A stretch of 64,000 nucleotides of DNA from NCBI GenBank assembly GCA_943368005.1, contig CALRKN020000008.1, positions 75,705-139,704 on the forward strand, read 5' to 3'. This stretch comes from Bradyrhizobium ivorense. GTDB taxonomy: Bacteria; Cyanobacteriota; Cyanobacteriia; PCC-6307; Cyanobiaceae. The position numbers and the translations under genes are program-made. Positions 8,978 through 17,727 of the stretch are shown here, in pieces. The first letter of the stretch is position 1, and every line of letters starts with the position of its first letter. The notes below the pieces were generated by a model that was given only the letters and a program-made list of their open reading frames with translations, had not been told where the DNA came from and searched no databases.

Positions 8978-10211
8978 ACGCCTGGCGGTCACCGGCTGGG
9001 GGTGCATCACGCCCCTGGGGTTGGGCGTAGAGGCCACCTGGGAAGCCAGCCTGGCCGGTCGCTCCGGCATCTCGGCTGTGGGCGATGACTGGGCAACTGA
9101 TCTGCCCGCCCGGATTGCGGGTCGGGTGTCCGGCGAGTTCAACGCCAACCTTGAGCCGTTGCTGCAACGGCGGCTGGACCGCTGCTCCCAGCTGGCACTG
9201 CTGGCGGCGCGTCAGGCCTGGGCGAACGCTGCTGACCATTGCGGCGGCGTTGATCCCCGTCGCGTCGCGGTGGTGATCGGCACCGGAATCGGTGGACTGG
9301 CCACCCTGGAGCGCCAGCACACCAACCTGCTGCAGGCCGGTCCTGGCCGGGTGAACCCGCTCACCGTGCCGATGTTGATTGCCAACGCGGCGGCCGGCCA
9401 GATCGCCATCGACCTGGGGCTGCACGGCGGAGCCCACACCCCCGTGTCCGCCTGTGCCGCCGGAGCCGAGGCCCTGCTGCTCGCCCAGATGCTGCTGCAG
9501 GACGACCGGGCCGACGTGGTGCTGGCCGGAGGCAGCGAAGCGCCCGTGAACCGGCTTGGACTGGTGGGCTTCGCCGCCATGCGCGCCCTTTCCTGTCGCA
9601 ACGCATCTCCCGAGCTTGCCTCCCGGCCCTATGCCCAGGACCGGGATGGCTTTGTGCTCTCCGAAGGGGCGGGTGTGCTGGTGCTGCAGCGCGCCGCGGA
9701 TCTGGCCAGCTCCACCCCGCCTGTGCATGGCTGGCTCCAGGCCTGCGGCAGCAGCAGCGACGGCCACCACATCGTGGCCCCGGAACCGGATGGGCTGCAG
9801 GCCAGCCAGGCGATCACCGATGCGCTGCGCCGTGCCGGGCTGGATGCCAGTGACCTGTCGTTTGTCCAGGCCCACGCCACCGGCACACCCGTGGGCGACC
9901 TGGCCGAGGCCAGGGCCCTGCGACGCGGCCTAGGCAGCGCCCTGGATTCCCTGCCTGTCACCGCGCCCAAAGGCCAGCTGGGCCATCTGCTCGGGGCGGC
10001 GGGAGCCGTGGAAACGATCCTGGCGCTCCAGGCCCTGCGTCAGGGTGTAGTGCCCCGGAGTGTCAATGCAATTCCCCAGGATCCGGCCGTGGATCTGGCG
10101 GTGGTGAAGGATGGTCCCCTCACTCTGGGTGCCCGGGGGAGCGAACGCTTCGGGCTGAAGAACGCCTTTGGCTTCGGTGGCCACAACATCAGTCTGATCC
10201 TGGCTGCATAA
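8961..10211 (+). CDS. Beta-ketoacyl-ACP synthase (KAS I/II, Cys-His-His type)
   Basis: 416 aa. RLAVTGWGCITPLG, active-site PVSACAAGAEAL, HATGTPVGD, GHLLGAAGAVE, FGFGGHN. The start overlaps the ACP stop by 17 nt. Confidence 0.9.
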   Translation: MPRPTERLAVTGWGCITPLGLGVEATWEASLAGRSGISAVGDDWATDLPARIAGRVSGEFNANLEPLLQRRLDRCSQLALLAARQAWANAADHCGGVDPRRVAVVIGTGIGGLATLERQHTNLLQAGPGRVNPLTVPMLIANAAAGQIAIDLGLHGGAHTPVSACAAGAEALLLAQMLLQDDRADVVLAGGSEAPVNRLGLVGFAAMRALSCRNASPELASRPYAQDRDGFVLSEGAGVLVLQRAADLASSTPPVHGWLQACGSSSDGHHIVAPEPDGLQASQAITDALRRAGLDASDLSFVQAHATGTPVGDLAEARALRRGLGSALDSLPVTAPKGQLGHLLGAAGAVETILALQALRQGVVPRSVNAIPQDPAVDLAVVKDGPLTLGARGSERFGLKNAFGFGGHNISLILAA

Positions 10212-12234
10212 ATGCCGTGGTGCGGGCGTAGTACGCCTGCACCGCGCGCGCAAAGGTCTGGCGATCGCATCCCTGTTCAGCGAGGCCCGGGTCGCCGAGG
10301 CCCAAGTCTGCCGCCCGACCACGGCGGCAATGAATGGTGGCCAACGGAGCCTGCAGCCTGGAGAGCAGCAGACGCAGCGGACGGTAGAGATCCTGGGCGG
10401 ACATGGAAAGCCCGTGATAGGTGAACGTCCAGGGCACGATCAGGGCCCGATGCTTCCTCGCCAACAGCAGGGCACTGGCCGAAACGCGCTCACTGATCGG
10501 CGTGACCAGTGATCCATTCGGCGCCAACATCACCAGTCCCAGCTCTGCCAGGGTGCGGGAGGCCCGATACACCGCGGAGGTGCGCGATCGGCCATCGCGA
10601 TGGTCCAGCAAACCATGGCCGGCATTAGCCGCCGAAGCTCCGAACCAGGGCATGATGCGGCTCAGATGCAAGCTGGCCGTGGTGATGCTGGGCAGCTGAA
10701 GCACGCCCTGTACAACCAGAACATCCACGGGATTTTCATGGTTCCAGATATAAACAACAGCACGTCCAGAAGGCTCACTCGGTTGGCTGTCATCCACCAC
10801 AACAGTTACACCCAAGGCACGTAGGCCCACTTGGGCCGTGCATACCAGGAGCTGGGCTGCCAACCTGCGCTGGCCCAGGGCGAGCGCCAGGAGCTGGATG
10901 CCGTAAATCAGAAAATAGGAAACCCCCAGACCCAGTCGCCAGACCATCCGCCAAGGCACAATCCAGCTCCCCGTCACGGGCGGGCGAGGAGCATCGGGCA
11001 ACCGCGGTGCGGGCGCCAGGCGGCGCGCCTCCGGACCGATCGGGAAAGTGATCCGAAAGGGAAAATCACCATCAAAATTGCCATTCACCTGGGTTGTGGT
11101 CACCAGGTGGGCATAGAAGCGGTAGAAGAGGGGCCGCTCACTGGTCTGGGGGTTCAGCCAGAACTGATCCAGCGGATTCTGATCGGTGAGGCCAGAGAGA
11201 TTGTAGAAGGTGCGACCCATCACCTTGGTGGGAACGGCATGGTAAAGAGCCTGCAGTCCCACCGTGCTGTTCACGGTTACTACACCTCGACAGGTTCGCA
11301 GAAATCGACTGAGAGCGCCATCATGAAAATAATGAACTCTCCCATCAACGCCATAACGACTCGCCATCAACTGGATCAGACGACCATAATTGTTATAGCC
11401 TCGGTCCCGAGGGTGGTGCTTGAAAGCGAGATGGTCTGAAGCATGGGCATGCGTGGCAAACGAGCGAATCACATCTTCGATGAATTCATGCATGCCGCGA
11501 TAGGGAGAACCGAGCTGGATCTGGGAGTCGCTGGACACCTGCAGCACCACCAGAAAAAACGACAAGTGCTCCAGCAGCCGGCGCTTCAACCCACGCTCCT
11601 GCCAGCGATACAGCCAGAAGCGCCAGCTACCCCTCAGTTGGCACCATAAAAAGCGCGGCGATGGCTGCAGCTTATGTTCACCTTCAATAATTGGATATCG
11701 GGTGAATGCGTGCTGGATGAAGGTGGGCGCCTTCCAGATCTTGCGCCAGCGCCAGCCGGGATCAAGGCAGCCGCCCGGCAATTGGTTCACGGGTGGAAGG
11801 CCGCGATAGAACTCAACGGGCCGATTGAGATTGGAGCGCGCATTCACCCGATCCCGTTCCAAACTCACATAATTGGGACGGATATACCCCAACTCAAACA
11901 CCCAGGCCTCCACGCCGGCGCTCTGGGCCTCCTCAATGGCAATGCGATGGGGAATAATGAAGTCCCCATACATAAAGATATGGCGGATACCACGCTCTGC
12001 CAACAGTCGGCGCAGAAAGGGCCGCCATTCCTCCATGCTCCCTGAGAAGGGAACCTTCACCTCCGCAGGAAAACCAAACTCCTGGAGGGGAAAAGCAACT
12101 TTGACAACCGGAATTCCGCAGCCCCGCAAATAGCGACAGAACCGCGCAAAAAACAAGCCGATTGGCCCCATCAGCAACAGCACCGGGCCATCGATCCGCA
12201 CCTGAACCAGAGCTGGAGCCCGATCGCCTGCCAC
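10189..12234 (-). CDS. kpsS: KpsS-like capsule beta-Kdo transferase (Capsule_synth) fused to a C-terminal membrane-anchored HX4D acyltransferase (PlsC/OlsA, LPLAT family)
   Basis: aa 15-395 are KpsS-like: VKVAFPLQEF, HIFMYGDFIIPHRIAIEEA, WVFELGYIRPNYVSLERDRVNARSNL, LQVSSDSQI, FKHHPRD, VVTVNSTVGLQAL. A Pro-rich linker and a TM follow (WRMVWRLGLGVSYFLIYGIQLLALAL). Then come IWNHENPVD (HX4D, aa 499-504), APNGSL (FPEGT-equivalent) and LIVPW. Confidence 0.8.
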   Translation of the reverse strand: MAGDRAPALVQVRIDGPVLLLMGPIGLFFARFCRYLRGCGIPVVKVAFPLQEFGFPAEVKVPFSGSMEEWRPFLRRLLAERGIRHIFMYGDFIIPHRIAIEEAQSAGVEAWVFELGYIRPNYVSLERDRVNARSNLNRPVEFYRGLPPVNQLPGGCLDPGWRWRKIWKAPTFIQHAFTRYPIIEGEHKLQPSPRFLWCQLRGSWRFWLYRWQERGLKRRLLEHLSFFLVVLQVSSDSQIQLGSPYRGMHEFIEDVIRSFATHAHASDHLAFKHHPRDRGYNNYGRLIQLMASRYGVDGRVHYFHDGALSRFLRTCRGVVTVNSTVGLQALYHAVPTKVMGRTFYNLSGLTDQNPLDQFWLNPQTSERPLFYRFYAHLVTTTQVNGNFDGDFPFRITFPIGPEARRLAPAPRLPDAPRPPVTGSWIVPWRMVWRLGLGVSYFLIYGIQLLALALGQRRLAAQLLVCTAQVGLRALGVTVVVDDSQPSEPSGRAVVYIWNHENPVDVLVVQGVLQLPSITTASLHLSRIMPWFGASAANAGHGLLDHRDGRSRTSAVYRASRTLAELGLVMLAPNGSLVTPISERVSASALLLARKHRALIVPWTFTYHGLSMSAQDLYRPLRLLLSRLQAPLATIHCRRGRAADLGLGDPGLAEQGCDRQTFARAVQAYYARTTAFMQPGSD

Positions 12235-12286
12235 CGTTCCCTCACCCTTGCTCTGCAGGGCCCAACTTTGCCACGTGGCGCAGGGT

Positions 12287-14257
12287 TCAACGCCGGCGCA
12301 ACCGCCCCCAGTGGCGGAAGATGCGCTGCCGCAGGCTCAGGGGTTCGGGCGGGGCGGACCGCCAGGCCAGCAACTCCTCGATCGCCTGCTCCGGCTCGAT
12401 GAACAGGCCGCTGTGGCGGCTCACATAGCGGGGGTAGTCGATCAGCGCCGCATGCACGAGGGCATCCAACTCCAGGGAGCGACCGCGCCGTTCACAGCGG
12501 AGCCTGTCGTGGCTCAGACCCCAGCCCGCATAGAAGGGCAGTCCCCAGGTGTGCACCTCGAGTCCGCGGAGCAGGGCCTCAAAGCCGGCGATCGAAGTGA
12601 GCACATGCAGGGCATCGATCTGGGTGAAGAGTTGCTGAATCGAGGCTTCGAACAGCACCTCATCGCAGCCCTGGGCCACCTGGGCCTCGCCCACCCCCTG
12701 GCGACACAGGCCTGCCACCACATCGGGATGGGGCTTGTATACGAGATAGGCGTCGGGTTCCGCCTGGCGCACCGCCGCCACCAGCTCCAGGTTGCGGGCG
12801 ACACCCGGTGCCCCCAGCCGGATGGAGGCATCCGACTCCACCTGCCCCACCACCAGCACCACCCGCCCGGCCGCGGCGGGACGCTGCCAGGCGGGAGCCC
12901 GGAGGTTGTATTTGGTAATCGCCTGGCTCACCAGCTGGCGGCGCAGCTCGGCCGCCCGTCGCAGCTGGCCCTCACTCCAGCTGCCATGGGCCAGCAGGTG
13001 CTCCAGGTCACTGGGGGCTGTGGCGTCGTAGTAGATCCCGCGACGGTCCAGCACCCAGGAGATGGGATCGATCAGATCGGCCCCCAGACCCACCGAGCGC
13101 AGGAAGCCGTCCTCCACATGCAGCAGCGCCAGCCGGCGATGTTCCACCTGCCGGAGCAACCGGGTGCTGGCCCGGCGACCCCAGATCGCCACCAGGGCAG
13201 CGGAGCGGCCCGGGCGCTGCCAGGAAAAGCGAAACCGCAGCGGCGGACCCGCCAGGAAACGACGCAGCACCCGCTGCTTCCACGGGGTGAAACCGAAGGC
13301 CTCCACCGGCCCGGGCTGGGCCAGCCGCAGGCGGCGCTGCAGGCCGATGGCGGCGATCAACTGTTCCGGCGTGCAGGGCTGGTGGCGATGGGGATCGATG
13401 TACACCGCCGACTCCACCAGGGCGGCATGCACCAGGTCGGCCAGCTGCGGCGACTCCCCCTGCTGGCGGCGCCGCGGAGCCGCCAGGGCATCCGTCGTGA
13501 GTCCCCAGCCTGCATAGAACGGCAGGCCGAAGCAGTGCACCGGCCGCCCGCAGAGGAGGGCCTCGAAGCCCAGCTGGGACGTGACCACATACACCGCCTC
13601 AGCGCGCTCTAGCAGGGCAATGGGATGGCCGCCGCTGGCCTCAAGCACGATGCGGGGATCCGCCAGCTGCCGGCGGCTGAAGTGGCCGCGCTTGCGGCCG
13701 GCCACCACATCCGGGTGGGTCTTGACCACCACCCGGCAGTGCGGATGGGAGGCCAGCGCCGCCGTGAGCATGGCGCCGAACTGTGGTGCCGAGGCCGCAC
13801 CGAGGCGGATCGAGAGGTCTCCGGCGGTCTGGTCGACCACCAGCACGTAGGGCCCTGACGGAGCGGGCGCCTCCGCCGCCCCGTTGTACTTGCTCACCCG
13901 CTGCTCTCGCCAGAGCTGCTGCAGACCCAGGGCACGCTCCCGCTCGGCGGTGCTGTGGGGTCGGGCAATCCGCTGCTCCAGGCGGCTGGGCACCGAGGCG
14001 TCGTAGTAAACGCCCAAGTCATCGAGCAGCAACCCCAGGGGTGCGCTATCCGGCCCCAGCCCCAGCGATCGCACCAGGGCATCTTCACAGCGCCAGAGGG
14101 GCAGGCCGCGGGTGGCCGCCAACTGTTCAGCTACACGGGCACTGGGCTTGCGGCCCCAGGCCAGCAGGGCATCGAGGGGCTCGCGGCGGCAGCGACGATG
14201 GCCGCACACCAGAGTGTGGGGTGCCAGCAGGGCCGGCAGGGTGCTGTGCCGAAGCAT
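12287..14257 (-). CDS. kpsC: KpsC-like capsule polysaccharide biosynthesis protein (two tandem Capsule_synth domains)
   Basis: Duplicated blocks: WGRKPSA...EDALVRSLGLG...GLLLDDLGVYYDAS and IWGRRAS...VEDGFLRSVGLGADLIDPISWVLDRRGIYYDAT. Each is followed by V(V)DQ..D.SI and KxHPDVVAG. The start is taken at the Met of MLRHSTLP (14257); the track ORF extends to 14494. Confidence 0.8.
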   Translation of the reverse strand: MLRHSTLPALLAPHTLVCGHRRCRREPLDALLAWGRKPSARVAEQLAATRGLPLWRCEDALVRSLGLGPDSAPLGLLLDDLGVYYDASVPSRLEQRIARPHSTAERERALGLQQLWREQRVSKYNGAAEAPAPSGPYVLVVDQTAGDLSIRLGAASAPQFGAMLTAALASHPHCRVVVKTHPDVVAGRKRGHFSRRQLADPRIVLEASGGHPIALLERAEAVYVVTSQLGFEALLCGRPVHCFGLPFYAGWGLTTDALAAPRRRQQGESPQLADLVHAALVESAVYIDPHRHQPCTPEQLIAAIGLQRRLRLAQPGPVEAFGFTPWKQRVLRRFLAGPPLRFRFSWQRPGRSAALVAIWGRRASTRLLRQVEHRRLALLHVEDGFLRSVGLGADLIDPISWVLDRRGIYYDATAPSDLEHLLAHGSWSEGQLRRAAELRRQLVSQAITKYNLRAPAWQRPAAAGRVVLVVGQVESDASIRLGAPGVARNLELVAAVRQAEPDAYLVYKPHPDVVAGLCRQGVGEAQVAQGCDEVLFEASIQQLFTQIDALHVLTSIAGFEALLRGLEVHTWGLPFYAGWGLSHDRLRCERRGRSLELDALVHAALIDYPRYVSRHSGLFIEPEQAIEELLAWRSAPPEPLSLRQRIFRHWGRLRRR

Positions 14258-14634
14258 GCCCACCGCCGGCAGGCCGAGGCGCACGGCGGCGCTGGAGTGG
14301 GCCAAGGCGGGGCAGGGGCCTGCGGCAGAGGCCCAAGTTACCGAAGGCGCGGCACGCCCATGGCTGCTACGTTCGCTCCACCCGATCACGGGCCATTCGC
14401 CCATGCAGCTCGAGGGTTTGACAGGACAGGCACTGGATGCCGTCTGCACAGCCGTGGCCACTGAAACCGGCGTTCCCGCCGGCCGGGTGCGCAAGGTTCT
14501 GCTGGCGGCACAGCGCCTGCACCAGGCCGGCGACCGGACTTCGACCGTTGAAAGGTCGACTGCCCCTCCCCACCCCCTGCGGTTCTATCCCCTTGGTGCA
14601 AACGGACGGATCCAGCCCCAGCCCCAGGCTGACC
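14258..14634. promoter_or_regulatory. Divergent intergenic region between kpsC/kpsS (-) and the neuA operon (+); presumed divergent promoters
   Basis: About 380 bp with no convincing CDS, between the two outward-facing gene sets. I recognised no specific promoter boxes. Confidence 0.3.
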
Positions 14635-15390
14635 ATGCCGCCGACCGGGCCCGTGATTGATCCCAATCTGGGACCGATCGCCCTGATTCCGGCCCGGGGA
14701 GGGTCGAAGGGAATCCCCGCCAAAAATCTGCAACGGGTGGGGGGCGTGCCCCTGGTGGTGCGCAGCGTGCAGGCGGCCCGCAGCGCCAGCAGCCTGCACG
14801 GCGTCTGGGTGAGCAGCGACGATCCGGCGATCGGCGAACACGCCGAAGCGGCCGGTGCCGGCTGGTTGCGCCGCCCTGGCACCCTCTCCGGTGATCAGGC
14901 CTCATCGGAGAGCGCCCTCACCCATGCCCTCGGGCTGTTGGCCGAACGGGGGCCCCTGCCCCCGCTGTTCGTGTTCCTGCAGTGCACCTCCCCGTTCACC
15001 ACCGGAACGGAAATCGATGCAGTGGTGGCGGCTCTACAGGGAAGCGCCGCCAACATGGCCTTCAGTGTGGTTCCCTGGCATGGATTCCTCTGGCGTGCTG
15101 ACGCCCACGGCCATGGCATCGGAGTGAACCACGACGCCCACCAACCCCGGCAGCGCCGTCAGGACCTCTGCCCCACCTATCTGGAGACGGGAGCCATCTA
15201 CGCCATGCGCACCGAAGCGTTTCTGCAGGCCGGCAGCCGCTTCCTCCAGCCCACCCTGCCGGTTCCGCTGGAGGGCTACGCCCCTGAAATCGACACCCCC
15301 GCCGATCTCGCTCTCTGTGAACGGCTGGCACCCCTGCTGGAGGGAGCTGGACAGCCGCCAGCGAAGCAAGCGCGGGCGGATCTGGGTTGA
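14635..15390 (+). CDS. neuA: Acylneuraminate (nonulosonate) cytidylyltransferase, NeuA-type (CTP_transf_3)
   Basis: ATG at 14635. IALIPARGGSKGIPAKNLQRVGGVPLV is the NeuA-type (not KdsB-type) P-loop. Also FVFLQCTSPF and YLETGAIYAM. Confidence 0.8.
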   Translation: MPPTGPVIDPNLGPIALIPARGGSKGIPAKNLQRVGGVPLVVRSVQAARSASSLHGVWVSSDDPAIGEHAEAAGAGWLRRPGTLSGDQASSESALTHALGLLAERGPLPPLFVFLQCTSPFTTGTEIDAVVAALQGSAANMAFSVVPWHGFLWRADAHGHGIGVNHDAHQPRQRRQDLCPTYLETGAIYAMRTEAFLQAGSRFLQPTLPVPLEGYAPEIDTPADLALCERLAPLLEGAGQPPAKQARADLG

Positions 15391-16679
15391 TGGACAGCCT
15401 GCAGGGGCGCCAGGTGGCAGCCCTGGCCTGTTTTGACTCCTTCGGCAAGACCGCGATGAACCTGCTGCAGGTGGCGCGGCTGCAGGGGGCCCATACCAGG
15501 CTGTACCTGCTGGAGCTGCCTGGACGCAAGCTGTCCCGCCGCCAGTCGCTGGAGATACGCCGGATCGATCCCCGCACCAAGATCGTGCAGTGCCCCTGGT
15601 CGCAGCTGCGCCAACTGCGCAGCGAACTGGTGGAACTCGATGCCCTCGTGCTCGGGCTGGACGGCAGGCGCACCCGCGAGACCCACCTGCTCATGCAGTC
15701 CGCCTGGCTGGACCCGCTGCGGCGACCCGTGCTGATCAGCGCCTACCCGGGCATCCTCTTTCGCCATCAACTCGAGGGGATGATGGATCGTTCAGGCGTG
15801 GATCTGCTTTGCCTGAACGCCGAATCCGACGCCCACCTCTACCGCCAGGGCTGCGCGGCCCTGGGCCTCGACTCCGGCAATGCCCTGGTGACCGGCCTGC
15901 CGATTCTCTGGTCGCTGCAACCCCGTCTCCAGGTGCCGGACGGGGCCTCGATCGTGTTCTTCGAACAGCCATCGGTGCCGGACAACCCGATCCAGCGCAA
16001 GTACATCTGCCGGCGGCTGGCCCAGCTGGCCCTGGCCTGGCCTGGGCACCGGGTGATCTTCAAGCCGCGCATCTCCCGGGTGGAGGCCACCCTGCACCGA
16101 CACCACGGGGAGATGGTGAGCCGCATTGAAAAACTGAGCAAGCGGGTGACCAACCTGCAGATCAGCTACAAGCCAAGCCTGAGCCTGCTGAACAGCTGCG
16201 GCTGTGCGATCACCGTGTCATCCACGGCGGCGATGGAAGCCATGGCCCTGGGGGTGAGCACCCGGATCATCAGCGATCTGGGGGTGAACGAGAGCCTGGG
16301 CAACCACTACTTCCTGGAATCGGGCGCCCTGGCCGATTTCGACGCCATCGAGCGTGACCCCTTCACCATCCGGCATGACCGCTCCTGGCTGGAACGCCAG
16401 GGGTACCGCAGCGATGGGGCCCAGCTGCTGGTCAGCACCCTATGCCACCTGCTGGAACAGCCCCTGCAGGCCCCGTCCCAGCTCCAGGCGGGCCCACCGG
16501 GATGGGGCAGCCAGGCCTGGCAGGCCTATGCCCTGGCCAAGGGGGGCCGACGGATGCTCAGTTCAGCGGGGTCCCGATCCAAGCTGAAGGCCAGCCACCA
16601 GGGACTCGAACTGCTGCGGCGCCTGCGCCAGAACCTGGTGGGGTTCTGGCTGCTGGAACGGCTGCTGAAGGGACGATGA
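15390..16679 (+). CDS. Uncharacterised protein, paralog 1 of 3 (putative GT-B-like glycosyl/NulO transferase)
   Basis: ATG overlaps the neuA stop (TGATG). It shares blocks with the next two ORFs: DLLCLNAESDAHLYRQ, IVFFEQPSVPDNPIQRKYICRRLAQLALAWPGHRVIFKPR, NLQISYKPSLSLLNSCGCAITVSSTAAMEAMALG. Confidence 0.65.
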   Translation: MDSLQGRQVAALACFDSFGKTAMNLLQVARLQGAHTRLYLLELPGRKLSRRQSLEIRRIDPRTKIVQCPWSQLRQLRSELVELDALVLGLDGRRTRETHLLMQSAWLDPLRRPVLISAYPGILFRHQLEGMMDRSGVDLLCLNAESDAHLYRQGCAALGLDSGNALVTGLPILWSLQPRLQVPDGASIVFFEQPSVPDNPIQRKYICRRLAQLALAWPGHRVIFKPRISRVEATLHRHHGEMVSRIEKLSKRVTNLQISYKPSLSLLNSCGCAITVSSTAAMEAMALGVSTRIISDLGVNESLGNHYFLESGALADFDAIERDPFTIRHDRSWLERQGYRSDGAQLLVSTLCHLLEQPLQAPSQLQAGPPGWGSQAWQAYALAKGGRRMLSSAGSRSKLKASHQGLELLRRLRQNLVGFWLLERLLKGR

Positions 16680-16689
16680 CACGCTCACG

Positions 16690-17727
16690 ATGAACCTTGG
16701 CCTGGTCTGTCAACGCGAGCCTGGAGTGGGCGCCTGCCACCTGCTCGCCACCGAGCTGCGGCATCTGGGCGTCACCGTGACCCTGATCCCGGCCGACGCC
16801 CCCCTGCCTGGCGGAGCCGCGGACGGACGATCGATTCCGCTGGAGCCCCTGGCCGCGGCCAGCGGTGACCTGCTCTTCGGCCTGGACGCCATCGGCGTGT
16901 TTCTGGAGGGTCCCGAGCTGGTGGCCTTCCGCCAGGTGCACGCCGCGGCAGCCAGGCTGAGGGGCCGGGCCCCGGTGCCCCTGTTCACCGGGCCCATCCG
17001 CCCCCTCTGCGGCGATGCCCTGGCGGCCGACCTGCTGCCCCGGCTTGGCTATGACCTGATCTGCTTGCAAGGCGAAGCCCAGGTGCAGGAGCTGGCCTGG
17101 TTGGTGAGGGGCAGCCGCGATCACCAGCACCAGCAGGTCGCCATCGGGCTGTGGTGCGTCCCCCACCAGCCGATCGGCCACAGTGAGCCTGCCGCCAAGC
17201 TGCTGCTGGTGCTCGACCAGGCGGACATTCCGCCCTCGCCCTTTGCCAATGGGGTGCTCTACCAGCGCCTGCGGACCATCGCCCAGGACAACGCCGGCTG
17301 GCTGGTGCGCATCCAGCCGGATGGGCCGCTGGCCGAGGAGCCCGACACCTGGCCCGACACGAGTCTGGCCTGGCACCACCACCAGGACCGCACTCCCCCC
17401 GCCAATCTGCAGCTGGGGCGGGCCGATGATCTGCCACTGGCCCTGATGCAGGCCAGTGCCTGCCTCGGCATCTCCTCCAGCTGGCTGCTCACCGCCATGG
17501 TGTGGGGCAAGCCCACGGCAGTTCTGGGCGACTACGGCATCCGCACCGAGTTCAACGGGCCGCTGTTCTTTGGCTCCGGGGCCATGCACAGGCTGGCCGA
17601 CTGCCTGCCCCTGGACCGCATGCTCGAGCTGCCCCGCCCCAATCCCCGGTGGCTGGCGGCGCGGGGTTGGGCCATTGCCGACGGCCCCCAGCGGCTGCTG
17701 CAGCGTGTGCGGGAGCTGCAGCGATGA
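16690..17727 (+). CDS. Uncharacterised protein, paralog 2 of 3
   Basis: GYDLICLQGEAQVQELAWL, LLLVLDQADIPPSP...LRTIAQDNAGWLVRIQP, NLQLGRADDLPLALMQASACLGISSSWLLTAMVWG. These are collinear with paralogs 1 and 3. Confidence 0.65.
   Translation: MNLGLVCQREPGVGACHLLATELRHLGVTVTLIPADAPLPGGAADGRSIPLEPLAAASGDLLFGLDAIGVFLEGPELVAFRQVHAAAARLRGRAPVPLFTGPIRPLCGDALAADLLPRLGYDLICLQGEAQVQELAWLVRGSRDHQHQQVAIGLWCVPHQPIGHSEPAAKLLLVLDQADIPPSPFANGVLYQRLRTIAQDNAGWLVRIQPDGPLAEEPDTWPDTSLAWHHHQDRTPPANLQLGRADDLPLALMQASACLGISSSWLLTAMVWGKPTAVLGDYGIRTEFNGPLFFGSGAMHRLADCLPLDRMLELPRPNPRWLAARGWAIADGPQRLLQRVRELQR

Noticed and set aside
12248-14464. Long + strand ORFs (12248..13612, 13783..14421, 13955..14464 and others) opposite kpsC.
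   Set aside because: They are shadow ORFs antisense to a gene with a clear duplicated Capsule_synth signature. Their composition is Gly/Arg/Pro/Ala-rich, with no motifs I recognise.
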